From Desulfosalsimonadaceae bacterium (GTDB lineage: Bacteria > Desulfobacterota > Desulfobacteria > Desulfobacterales > Desulfosalsimonadaceae), in assembly GCA_035312245.1 (NCBI GenBank), contig DATGCF010000257.1, positions 1 through 47,623 on the forward strand: 47,623 nucleotides of DNA. The letters are read 5' to 3'. The position numbers were made by a program, and so were the translations under genes. A model generated the notes under the pieces. That model did not search any database, was not told the DNA's origin, and worked only from the letters and a program-made list of their open reading frames with translations. Shown here one piece after another: positions 26,425 to 34,754 of this stretch. The number at the start of each line of letters is the position of its first letter. The stretch's first letter is position 1.

Positions 26425-27861
26425 ATGATACCATTGGAACCGTTGTCCTCTGTTATCCGGTGGCAGGATATCCTGGATATCCTGTTAAACAGTTATATTC
26501 TTTTCCGTCTATATGTGCTGTTTCGCGGAACGCATGTGATTCGCGTGGTTGCCGGTCTGGTCCTGCTTTGGCTGTTTCAGCGCGTGGCCACCCAGATGGG
26601 GCTGATCGTTACGAGCTGGGCCATGCAGGGCATTATTGCCGCCGCGGCATTGATTGTCATCATTGTCTTTCGCAATGAGATCCGCAACGTGCTCCAGGCC
26701 CAGAATCTGCGCGCCATCCTTTGGGGGTTTCCCAAAAAAAACATCCAGACGCCGGTTGACATTTTAACCGAGAGCGTAAGCGACCTGTCGCGCCGCCGGA
26801 TCGGCGCGCTGATTATTCTGCCGGGAAAAGAAGATCTGCGGGATATGGTGCAGGGCGGCGTAAACTGGCAGGGATTGATCTCAAAGGAGATGCTTTTATC
26901 CATTTTCTGGAACGGCAACCCGGTCCATGACGGGGCGGCTGTCATTGAAGGGAACCGAATCGCCCGGGTGGGCACCATTCTCCCGCTTAGCCAGCGTCAG
27001 GACCTGCCCCAGCGGTTTGGCACCCGGCACCGGGCCGCATTAGGCCTTGCGCAGAATTCGGATGCCATGGTGATTGTGGTGTCTGAAGAAACCGGTAACA
27101 TTATTGTCGCCAAAGGGCATGAGATTATTGATATCCACGACAACCAGGTCTTGCGTTACAATATCCGGAAACACCTGGGCATCGGGCTGGAACCGCCGAA
27201 GGGCGTAAAGCGGGAGACCATAGAACTCTCCATCGCTGGCCTGCTGTGCCTCATTTGCATGACATTCATATGGTTTAGCTTTACCAGGGGGATGGAAACC
27301 CTGACCACCATGGAAATGCCGGTGGAGTTCGTCAACCGCGCATCTGGGCTGGAAATCTTTGACACTTCAGCCAGCACGGCCAAACTTTATCTCAGTGGTT
27401 CTGGTGCGCTGATTAAGAATATGCGATCCGATCAGGTAAAAGTTACGGTGGATTTAAGCCGGGCGGATATCGGGGCAAATGTTTTTAATTTAAACAGCAA
27501 AAATGTCAGCCTGCCGCCCGGTATCCACTTAAACCGGATTGAGCCCTCAGTTTTAACAGTGACCCTTGACAAACTCACCACCAAAGTGATTCCCATCCAG
27601 GTTAACTGGGTTGGCGAGATGCCGGGCGGCATGCTGCTTAAAAGCGCTGAGGTGAGCCCTTCGACGGTTAAGGTAGTTGGCGCCAGCCAGCGGCTCGCTG
27701 AAACCCCCACCATTTACACGGAGCCGGTAAGGCTTGGCCGATTAGAGGCCTCGGGAACCTTCAACGCCAAATTGATTCTCGAGCCTGCCTCTCTCCAGGT
27801 GGCGGAGGGGGCTGAGGACCGGGTAAAAGTCACCTATGTGATGCAATCCCGCAGTCCATAG
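26425..27861 (+). CDS. cdaA: Diadenylate cyclase CdaA fused to a YbbR/CdaR-like domain region
   Basis: 478 aa. It has three N-terminal TM helices and a DAC domain with HDGAAVIEGNRI, GTRHRAALGL and VVSEETGNIIVA. From about aa 255 (about nt 27190) there is an additional TM (LSIAGLLCLICMTFIWFSF) and two YbbR-type repeats (VEFVNRASGLEI..., VIPIQVNWVGEMPGG...VKVVG). Confidence 0.8.
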   Translation: MIPLEPLSSVIRWQDILDILLNSYILFRLYVLFRGTHVIRVVAGLVLLWLFQRVATQMGLIVTSWAMQGIIAAAALIVIIVFRNEIRNVLQAQNLRAILWGFPKKNIQTPVDILTESVSDLSRRRIGALIILPGKEDLRDMVQGGVNWQGLISKEMLLSIFWNGNPVHDGAAVIEGNRIARVGTILPLSQRQDLPQRFGTRHRAALGLAQNSDAMVIVVSEETGNIIVAKGHEIIDIHDNQVLRYNIRKHLGIGLEPPKGVKRETIELSIAGLLCLICMTFIWFSFTRGMETLTTMEMPVEFVNRASGLEIFDTSASTAKLYLSGSGALIKNMRSDQVKVTVDLSRADIGANVFNLNSKNVSLPPGIHLNRIEPSVLTVTLDKLTTKVIPIQVNWVGEMPGGMLLKSAEVSPSTVKVVGASQRLAETPTIYTEPVRLGRLEASGTFNAKLILEPASLQVAEGAEDRVKVTYVMQSRSP

Positions 27862-27880
27862 GGGATAGGGGGAAATCACT

Positions 27881-28486
27881 TTAAGCGCGGATAATCTCCA
27901 TAATTTTTCTGGAGGTATACTCTCCCACATCCGCCAGGGCATCGACCGGCAGAAATAACCCCGCGTTATTTGAAAAAAGGCAGGTGCAGGATGCCGGAAA
28001 ATCTTCATCCGCCTCATAGAAAATGTAGCACAGCGCGATTTTGGGAAGCGGATAAACAAGAAACGAAAAATCGCCGCTGACTTCAGCCGGCGCATCTTCT
28101 CCCTTCAGTCCCCCTTTAATTTGAGAAACTGAGGCCCCAATCGCGTTGACATGGGGCGCCAGCAGCTGCTCTGTATGCGAGGAAAAAGCCGCCACATAGG
28201 GCATACTGTCCGGAAAATCCTTATATGACTTAAACGGCTGCAGCAGGGGCTGTTCAGGTTTGGCATGCAAAGCATAAAGTGAAATCAGGATTTCCAGAAC
28301 GCTTGGGTGGCCGCCCTCCCCAATTTTGATTTCCTGCGGAGTAATCCAGCAGGTTTCTCCAAATGTTTCAAAAATAAACTGATCCCCATCTTGCCGGGCC
28401 GGCAGATTTTCGGCCAGATCAGCCGGCAGCGCCTCATAGAGTTTCTTCAAATTGGTTTTGGCAATTTTCGTGTAATTATCGATCAT
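27881..28486 (-). CDS. DUF3786-like protein
   Basis: 201-aa ORF with a GGAGGTGG SD. The sequence pattern (NLKKLYE..., ...FGETCWITPQEI..., YPLPKIALCYIFYEADEDFPASCTCLFS) matches my recollection of DUF3786, common in anaerobes. This was not verified by a search. Confidence 0.5.
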   Translation of the reverse strand: MIDNYTKIAKTNLKKLYEALPADLAENLPARQDGDQFIFETFGETCWITPQEIKIGEGGHPSVLEILISLYALHAKPEQPLLQPFKSYKDFPDSMPYVAAFSSHTEQLLAPHVNAIGASVSQIKGGLKGEDAPAEVSGDFSFLVYPLPKIALCYIFYEADEDFPASCTCLFSNNAGLFLPVDALADVGEYTSRKIMEIIRA

Positions 28487-28640
28487 GAGCCACCTCCCAT
28501 CTATGGATGATTGCTTTTAAACCTTGATAAAATAGCACTCATAAAAATGGCAGGCAAATGAATATCAGATGGGGGCGCGCTTGGAGTGTCGATTTTGGCT
28601 TGTAGAAAAGAAAAAGATCGGAAAATGGGGTCTGATAGCT

Positions 28641-28675
28641 CCGGAACGGGGCCATTTACAATCACCCCGTTCCGG
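28641..28675 (-). terminator. Perfect 11-bp hairpin directly after the 38-aa ORF (possible terminator or RNA stabiliser)
   Basis: CCGGAACGGGG-N13-CCCCGTTCCGG, starting 10 nt after the ORF stop. The T-rich tract (ttttccgatctttttctttt) begins about 20 nt further downstream, so this is not a textbook intrinsic terminator. Confidence 0.45.
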
Positions 28676-28685
28676 ATGGGGAGAG

Positions 28686-28802
28686 CTAGTACATCATATA
28701 ATCTTCACCAAGCAGGCACCAGGTGTTTACCTGGGCAAACACTTCCTTCAGCTCGGCAATGATTTCTTCGTAATCCTTAATAATAATCTCTTTAATTTTC
28801 AT
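28686..28802 (-). CDS. Unannotated 38-aa acidic small protein
   Basis: Hand translation gives MKIKEIIIKDYEEIIAELKEVFAQVNTWCLLGEDYMMY*. A near-consensus SD (AAAGGAGGA) lies 7 nt upstream of the ATG (28800-28802). It has its own sigma-54-like promoter upstream and a hairpin downstream. It falls below the ORF-track length cutoff. Confidence 0.5.
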   Translation of the reverse strand: MKIKEIIIKDYEEIIAELKEVFAQVNTWCLLGEDYMMY

Positions 28803-28891
28803 GGTTGTATCCTCCTTTTAAATTTTTTTGATTCAATGCGATTTTTGTTTGAAGATGAAGCCACCCTAACCACGCATTTATAAAGAAGGGA

Positions 28892-28908
28892 TACAAGGTT
28901 TGTGCCAA
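28892..28908 (-). promoter_or_regulatory. Sigma-54 (-24/-12)-type promoter candidate
   Basis: The minus strand reads TTGGCAC-AAACC-TTGTA. This gives a perfect TGGCAC -24 element and correct 5-nt spacing, but the -12 element is TTGT rather than consensus TTGC. It lies about 90 nt upstream of the small-ORF ATG and immediately downstream of a sigma-54 activator gene. Confidence 0.45.
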
Positions 28909-28998
28909 ACTATCACTATTTTTATATTCTATATTAATTTCGGGGTATTATAATTTATTCCGATACGATGCGGGAAAACGGAAACCTCCCTGTTTGAA

Positions 28999-29024
28999 CA
29001 TGCAATGTACAGGCAATGTGCATG
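28999..29024. promoter_or_regulatory. Candidate upstream activator site (inverted repeat plus direct repeat)
   Basis: CATGCA-N14-TGCATG, containing the direct repeat GCAATGT twice. It is centred about 105 nt upstream of the putative -24 element, a typical enhancer-binding-protein distance. Confidence 0.3.
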
Positions 29025-29104
29025 AAGGGTATAGAAGCGAATAAGCCGGGGATGAGAGGGGCTTTAACCGTCAGCGGGGATAAAAGAAAGGGGCTGTGCG
29101 CTGT

Positions 29105-30589
29105 TTATTCGGCGGAAGGCGTTTGCCAGTCCTGAATATATTTTTTGACCGTTCTGCGGTCCAGGCCGGTCCGCCGGGCCACCTCTTCAAATGTCTGATG
29201 GCGCTCATAGAGAAGATAGCAGTAGCCGGAGACCAATGATGCCGCGTCAATGCTGCCGTTTTCAATCCCGCTGATCAGTTTGCGGTCGAGATCCGGTTCC
29301 GTATAACCGGATTCGCCGCTATAGACGCCCTTTAATAGAATACGGCGGGCGCATTGCTCAAGCTCCCGCACATTACCGGGCCATGGATAATCAATATCCA
29401 GTTCTTTATCAATCACTTCGCGTACCATGGATACGAGCTCAGGCGACGGCTTGCCGATCAAGCGGCCGATGGTCGTTGACAAAAGCAAATCCAGTTCCTT
29501 GGGGTCTTCTTGGATCCGCTGCCGAAGGGGCGGTACGGTAATAATATCCGAACAAAGGCGATAATAGAAGTCTTCGCGGAACCGGTCTTTCTGCCGAATA
29601 TCTGCTTTTGAGCGGTTAGTGGCGGCAATGACCCGACCCTGGAACCGGCTCTGCTTTTGACTGCCCACCGGACTGAACACCCGCTCCTGGAGAACCTGAA
29701 GCAGTTTGATCTGGATCGGATGCGACGCCTCGCCGATTTCATCGAGAAGAATCGCCCCATATGGGCTGCAGCGGTCAAACACGCCCTGATAATCCTCTAT
29801 TGCGCCGGTGAAAGCGCCTTTCCGGTGGCCGAACAGGGCGGATTCAATCAGTGTTTCCGGGAACTGTGAAAGATTCAGGGAAATAAATGATTGGGTGAAG
29901 CTCTCAACAAAGATCTTCCGCCGCCGGTCCAAGGGGATAAACCCGGATCGGCCGATCGCCTGAGCGGCGGTTCCTTTGCCGGTGCCGGTTTCTCCGAGGA
30001 GCAGGGTGGAGAAGTCTTCCATCCGGTCCTTTAAGTACCGGTCATATAGGTCGATGTTATGGGTAAATACGTTGTTCCACAGATTCCACCGCAAAAGCTT
30101 CATACACGGGCTGCTGCCAACCAGATTCCTGTCGATAAAATAAAACGCCCGTCTTATCTGAAACCCAAGCGCCAGGTAGCGCCGGAAGGCCTCATCGTCA
30201 AATCCGCGTTGAATGGCGGCAGTCTGGGCATCATTGTAAAAAGGAATTTTGGCCGGCGTGCTGCCGGCAGCGATCTGGCTGGTAATTAACTGGTCGAATT
30301 TATCCTTGAACCGATAAAAGAGTTCCACCATGAAGACCCGTTCCATCAGGGTCCTGTCCTCACCGGTAAATGCGGTAAGGGTCGCCTTGTTGGCCCTCTC
30401 GAGTTCACCGATCCGGGCGCCGATGGCATAAACAAAGGCATCAGTCCTTTTTTTCCGGGATGCGGTCTTGGAAAGTCCGCTAATTCGGGATTCAAGAGCT
30501 TCCCGCTCACTGCCGAACGGATTGATAAACCCGGCCCGGCCGACTAAGGTAAAAAATTCTCTTTGCTCCGGGGTTAGCTGATTTGCCAT
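29105..30589 (-). CDS. Sigma-54-dependent transcriptional activator (bEBP) with an uncharacterised roughly 190-aa N-terminal domain and a C-terminal HTH
   Basis: 494 aa. The AAA+ core has Walker A GETGTGKG, the sigma-54 contact loop GAFTGA (HRKGAFTGA), ILLDEIGE and WPGNVRELE. The C-terminal HTH is FEEVARRTGLDRRTVKKYI. I recognise no receiver, PAS or GAF domain in the N-terminus. Confidence 0.85.
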   Translation of the reverse strand: MANQLTPEQREFFTLVGRAGFINPFGSEREALESRISGLSKTASRKKRTDAFVYAIGARIGELERANKATLTAFTGEDRTLMERVFMVELFYRFKDKFDQLITSQIAAGSTPAKIPFYNDAQTAAIQRGFDDEAFRRYLALGFQIRRAFYFIDRNLVGSSPCMKLLRWNLWNNVFTHNIDLYDRYLKDRMEDFSTLLLGETGTGKGTAAQAIGRSGFIPLDRRRKIFVESFTQSFISLNLSQFPETLIESALFGHRKGAFTGAIEDYQGVFDRCSPYGAILLDEIGEASHPIQIKLLQVLQERVFSPVGSQKQSRFQGRVIAATNRSKADIRQKDRFREDFYYRLCSDIITVPPLRQRIQEDPKELDLLLSTTIGRLIGKPSPELVSMVREVIDKELDIDYPWPGNVRELEQCARRILLKGVYSGESGYTEPDLDRKLISGIENGSIDAASLVSGYCYLLYERHQTFEEVARRTGLDRRTVKKYIQDWQTPSAE

Positions 30590-30617
30590 GGCATGCGTTT
30601 ATACCTTTTGGATGATT

Positions 30618-31466
30618 TCATTTAAGCACCTGCTTGACTAGCTGACGCAGATCCGTGATGACCAAGTCCGGAGAAATGCCTTGGCAGCGCGGATCATCTT
30701 CACGCCGGCGAAGAGACCGTTTATCGCCGGCGAATAATGCGGTTTGAAAGCCCTCAACGTAAGCCGGCAGCATATCGTTTAACATGTCATTTCCCACATA
30801 TACCGTCTCCTTCGGTGCGATTCCATGAACCTTGAGTTCCTCCGCAGCCAGTTGAAAAAGACGGCGCGAGGGCTTGGCCACGCCATGCTGATAGGAATAT
30901 AAAACCAAATTGGCTTCAAAGCCTATATTTTCCGGTAAAGCCCCCAAAAGCGTTTGAAACAGGATCGGGGTAAAAAACTGGGCGTTTGAGACAATGCCCA
31001 TGACCATGGGGGAGTCCCTGAAGGCAGACAGGACAGATTCCAAATAAGGCATGGGATAGCCGGGGTTAACGATCATTTCAAATTCGACGGCAAACCGGCA
31101 GGCTTTTTCAATATCTGAGGCTTCCAACACCTGCTGCCAGATCTCATCGATTTGCACCTCCGGGTAATCAATGCCCCGCCGCCGCATGGCCTCGTGGCTG
31201 GATTGAATGGCTTTGGAAAAAGCGTCAATCAGATCATCCGCCGACCCCGGATACTCATAAGCCTGGATCAGGGATGCCAGTTGGGCGCCGGTTTGGGCCT
31301 CTTGTTTGGCGATGCTGATATCGCCGGACCGGCTGACAAAAAGCGTGCCGTAGACATCAAACAGCACGGCCTTTACCGGTGCTCGCAAATGGCCGGCAGG
31401 TTCCATATCCGTTAATATCGGCTGAAGGGGGGTGATATATTTTTGTATTAAGTCTTTATGGCCCAT
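30618..31466 (-). CDS. HAD-superfamily hydrolase (DxYGT variant of motif I)
   Basis: 282 aa. Motif I is VLFDVYGTLF, the second Asp being replaced by Tyr as in haloacid-dehalogenase-type subfamily IA. Motif III/IV is YVGNDMLNDM. It overlaps the upstream glycosyltransferase gene by 11 nt. Confidence 0.7.
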   Translation of the reverse strand: MGHKDLIQKYITPLQPILTDMEPAGHLRAPVKAVLFDVYGTLFVSRSGDISIAKQEAQTGAQLASLIQAYEYPGSADDLIDAFSKAIQSSHEAMRRRGIDYPEVQIDEIWQQVLEASDIEKACRFAVEFEMIVNPGYPMPYLESVLSAFRDSPMVMGIVSNAQFFTPILFQTLLGALPENIGFEANLVLYSYQHGVAKPSRRLFQLAAEELKVHGIAPKETVYVGNDMLNDMLPAYVEGFQTALFAGDKRSLRRREDDPRCQGISPDLVITDLRQLVKQVLK

Positions 31467-32880
31467 CCTCGCTCCATTTCAGAAGGCTGAAGGTTTCCGG
31501 GCGTAAAAATTCAAGCGCGAGCCGGGTCTTATCAATTCGGTGCCTCACAGCGGTTTGTTTGACGTTTTGATAGATCCCGAGCAGCTGTTCCTGATATCTC
31601 TCCGCATTGTAACGGGAAAGCACAGCCGCCCGATTTTTTGCGATCCGATCGGCCCGGTCGGAAACTGTTGTCAGGTTTAAAAGCAGGAGATTGGCATCGA
31701 GGATTTTCTTGTAAATTGTTGAATCCGAGAGCGCCTGTATAATCACCTGTTGCTGAAATTCCTCATCCAGCATCCCGAAATCAATGCTCTGATTCCGGGT
31801 AAGGTGATCAAAGGCCTCTTTTATGGTCTGATTTTTTATTTGAAGGTTGTAGCGCTCGGCGTTCCGCTTGATACAGGCCTGCCATTTGTTAAAAAACCGG
31901 ACCGTATCCATGGCTTGAAGGGGGACCGCCAGGCAATCATAGAGATGATCTAAGTTTAGCCCGTTTTGTTCAAAATCGCGGCAGATATCCGGCAGGTTCC
32001 GGCCGGAAAGGAGTTGCCCGGCCGTCCATGGCTCCAGGAAGGCGAATCCGAATCCTTCGGTAATGCTGGTGGTGATCATACTCTCAGCCGATTGGACCAG
32101 GTCAGTGAATTCATATTTATCAGATGCTTCGAAAATAACCGGTAACCGGTGTTTTTTGACAAACGTCTGCCAGTGTTGATAGGGCACCCAGTCCCGCGGG
32201 CTGTTCGGCGGCAGCGTGATCGCCAGCGCCACATCCGGGTAAAAAAAGCAGGCCGCTAAAATCGCCTCCCCGATGTTTTTTCGTCGGATGGCGCGCACTG
32301 GATAGAGCACGAATTTCTGATCAATTGTTTTTATCGGTTCCAGGCAAAAAGGATTTACCATGTTGGGCAGCAAATGAAGGCCATCAGATGAAAGGCCGGA
32401 TCGGCGGAGGATGCCATAATCCCTGGAGTTGATAACGCAGTAATGGCAATTCTCAGGGTAGGGGACGCCGGCATAATAGGTGCCGGGCCGGCCATCTTCG
32501 GCAAAATCATGAACCTGGAGGAGTAGTTTGATATCCTGCTGCTGAAGATGGGCCAAAATCTCGGGCAGACGCCAATTCTTTGCCAGCAGCGGATTGTGTA
32601 CGTGCAGGATATCGCAACCGTCCGTCCATTTGTCGTCAATCGCCCGGATAATTTGGTCGGCAATCGTTTTCGCGGATTCATGCGGTCTTTCTTTGCCCGT
32701 TTCCGTCCCATCATAGCCGAGACCATAAATTACGCGGGTTTCTGCGCCAATCGACTGCTGCGGGGAAGCGCCGGTAAGCATAAGGATTTCCGCGTGATCG
32801 GTGAGGGCGGCAAATTGCTGCCGAATGACCCGGGTCACCCCTCCCGGTTTCAAATGATAATGGAGCAATGCGATTCGCAT
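31456..32880 (-). CDS. GT-B fold glycosyltransferase (GT4-like), specificity unknown
   Basis: 474 aa. It starts MRIALLHYHLKPGGVTRVI, followed by HVHNP, and the C-terminal-half motif TSITEGFGFAFLEPW corresponds to the EX7E-type region of retaining GT4 enzymes. Confidence 0.6.
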   Translation of the reverse strand: MRIALLHYHLKPGGVTRVIRQQFAALTDHAEILMLTGASPQQSIGAETRVIYGLGYDGTETGKERPHESAKTIADQIIRAIDDKWTDGCDILHVHNPLLAKNWRLPEILAHLQQQDIKLLLQVHDFAEDGRPGTYYAGVPYPENCHYCVINSRDYGILRRSGLSSDGLHLLPNMVNPFCLEPIKTIDQKFVLYPVRAIRRKNIGEAILAACFFYPDVALAITLPPNSPRDWVPYQHWQTFVKKHRLPVIFEASDKYEFTDLVQSAESMITTSITEGFGFAFLEPWTAGQLLSGRNLPDICRDFEQNGLNLDHLYDCLAVPLQAMDTVRFFNKWQACIKRNAERYNLQIKNQTIKEAFDHLTRNQSIDFGMLDEEFQQQVIIQALSDSTIYKKILDANLLLLNLTTVSDRADRIAKNRAAVLSRYNAERYQEQLLGIYQNVKQTAVRHRIDKTRLALEFLRPETFSLLKWSEDGP

Positions 32881-32885
32881 GGCGT

Positions 32886-33584
32886 CTATTGATCGGCGTA
32901 TTTCTGCGGATCTTTGAGGCCGGCCTCAAAAAACCCTTTTTTCCGAAGTTGGCAGGAGTCGCATTTTCCGCAGGCAAGTCCTTCCATTGTGGGATCATAG
33001 CAGGAATGCGTCAAGGAATAGTCTATGCCTAAAGATACGCCTTGTTGGATGATTTGCGCTTTGGTCATATAAAGAAGAGGGGTTTGAATGCGGATTGCCC
33101 CCCCGCCTTCAACAGCCGTCTTGGTGGCCAGGTTGGCCATCTGCTCAAACGCTTTGATGAATTCCGGCCGGCAGTCAGGATAGCCGCTGTAATCGATGGC
33201 ATTGACGCCGATAAAAATATCTGTTGCGCCAATGACCTCGGCCCATGCCAAGCCATAGGAGAGGAAGATGGTGTTTCGCGCCGGCACATAGGTCACTGGA
33301 ATACCGGCCGCCAGCTCCGCATCTGATCGATTTTTAGGTACAGAAATATCCGCTGTCAATGCTGAGCCGCCGATTCCCGCCAGATCCACCTGGATGACCA
33401 GATGCTTTTTAACCCCCATATTTTCGGCAATTTTTCGGGCGGCATCAAGCTCCAGGATGTGTCGCTGACCGTAGTCAAAGCTCATGGCATAGCATTCCCA
33501 TCCCTCTGCGCGCGCTATAGCCAGTGCAGTAGCAGAATCCAAGCCGCCGCTTATCAGTATCACTGCCTTTTGGGCTTTAGTCAT
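32886..33584 (-). CDS. queC: 7-cyano-7-deazaguanine (preQ0) synthase
   Basis: 232 aa with the PP-loop [21 protein letters not shown], and the C-terminal zinc cluster [14 protein letters not shown]. Confidence 0.9.
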   Translation of the reverse strand: MTKAQKAVILISGGLDSATALAIARAEGWECYAMSFDYGQRHILELDAARKIAENMGVKKHLVIQVDLAGIGGSALTADISVPKNRSDAELAAGIPVTYVPARNTIFLSYGLAWAEVIGATDIFIGVNAIDYSGYPDCRPEFIKAFEQMANLATKTAVEGGGAIRIQTPLLYMTKAQIIQQGVSLGIDYSLTHSCYDPTMEGLACGKCDSCQLRKKGFFEAGLKDPQKYADQ

Positions 33585-33647
33585 TGCCTGCTTTTTGTCT
33601 GCCTTAAATCGTTCAAATTCGGTTTACTTTGATCGGCGCTTGATCGA

Positions 33648-34754
33648 TTAGTTGAGATACGGACCAAATTCACTTGTTGCCACCCGGATGGGAATCGCAA
33701 AGCCAAGGCCCTCAAACCGACGGGTCAGCTGTTTAAATGAGTTGATCCCCACAACCCGCCCATCCTTGTTAATCAATGGCCCGCCGCTGTTTCCGGGATA
33801 AATTTTGGCGTCGGTTTTAATGAAGCTTTTTTCATAGCCGGAAAAAATCCCTTTGGACACGGAATCCCGAAGGCCCACCGGACTGCCGATGGCGTAGAGC
33901 GGATCGCCCTGGCAGAGGCGGCCTGGCTGAGCTATACGGATATCCGGCGTCCGGTATCCGTCTATTTTTAGAAGCGCCAAATCATGATCCCTGCTTATAC
34001 GTATCAGGTAGGCATAAAGCTCCCGGCCGTTTTTCAGGATAATTTTGAAATTGCGGGTCAGCGCCGCGGCACTGGTGGTATACCGGTACGCATGTTTTTT
34101 ATCCTCATAGATCGCCTTGCGGTTTTCGTATTCGGATTGTTTGTTTTTAAACTCCTGCTTCTGGGATTCATACCGGTCGCGCTCAATCTCATACCTTCTT
34201 TGTTCCCGCCTTTTGGTCGCGCCCTCAGGCAAATCGGCAATGGCCCGCTGGTATTCATTCAAATGCCGTTTAAATTTTTCAAGCCGCGCCTTTTCGGCAG
34301 CGAATTGATCATTAATTTTATCAAGCCGCTCATCAATGGTATCAAGGGCTTTATCGGCTTTTTGAAACTGTTCGGTGTCGCCGCGGATGACATGGCGGTT
34401 GGTCAGAATATGCCCGTCTGTTGAGATAAAAAATCCAGACCCCTTGCCGATATTGGATTCAATGGTCACAGTGGCAATAGCTGCGGTTTCAACCGGGGTT
34501 TCTGGATGATATTTTTCAGTGAGGGCCTTTCTGAGGTCCTCCAGGCCGGTCTTTGACTGGGCGGCTTCTCCCATGGGCTCTGCCGAATCGGCCTTGCTTT
34601 CCGGCGGGGTATCGGTAAAATGCCATTTGCCGGCTTCATCCTGATACTTATATATTTCCGCATCCGCCGGAATGCCGCAAAAACCAGTGAGTAAGCATAA
34701 GCCCAGGACCATTGCCACCGACTGCATCTTTTGCGTACACATTTTCATGCTCAA
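33648..34754 (-). CDS. Secreted trypsin-like (S1C-type) serine protease with a DUF4124-like N-terminal motif and a coiled-coil insert
   Basis: 368 aa. It has a signal peptide, IYKYQDEAGKWHFTDTPP, a His region GHILTNRHV, a lysine/glutamate-rich coiled-coil insertion, HDLALLKI, and the catalytic Ser motif GNSGGPLINKDGRVVGI. The start overlaps the queE stop by 4 nt. Confidence 0.75.
   Translation of the reverse strand: MSMKMCTQKMQSVAMVLGLCLLTGFCGIPADAEIYKYQDEAGKWHFTDTPPESKADSAEPMGEAAQSKTGLEDLRKALTEKYHPETPVETAAIATVTIESNIGKGSGFFISTDGHILTNRHVIRGDTEQFQKADKALDTIDERLDKINDQFAAEKARLEKFKRHLNEYQRAIADLPEGATKRREQRRYEIERDRYESQKQEFKNKQSEYENRKAIYEDKKHAYRYTTSAAALTRNFKIILKNGRELYAYLIRISRDHDLALLKIDGYRTPDIRIAQPGRLCQGDPLYAIGSPVGLRDSVSKGIFSGYEKSFIKTDAKIYPGNSGGPLINKDGRVVGINSFKQLTRRFEGLGFAIPIRVATSEFGPYLN

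Noticed and set aside
25943-26434. 163-aa minus-strand ORF
   Set aside because: It is completely antisense to the second DUF2914 gene, which has a paralogue next door and an SD. The ORF itself has no motifs.
28569-28883. 104-aa plus-strand ORF in the region between the DUF3786-like gene and the sigma-54 activator
   Set aside because: It has no SD and runs antisense through the hairpin and the 38-aa ORF, which has a near-perfect SD and a promoter-like element. Its composition is unremarkable.
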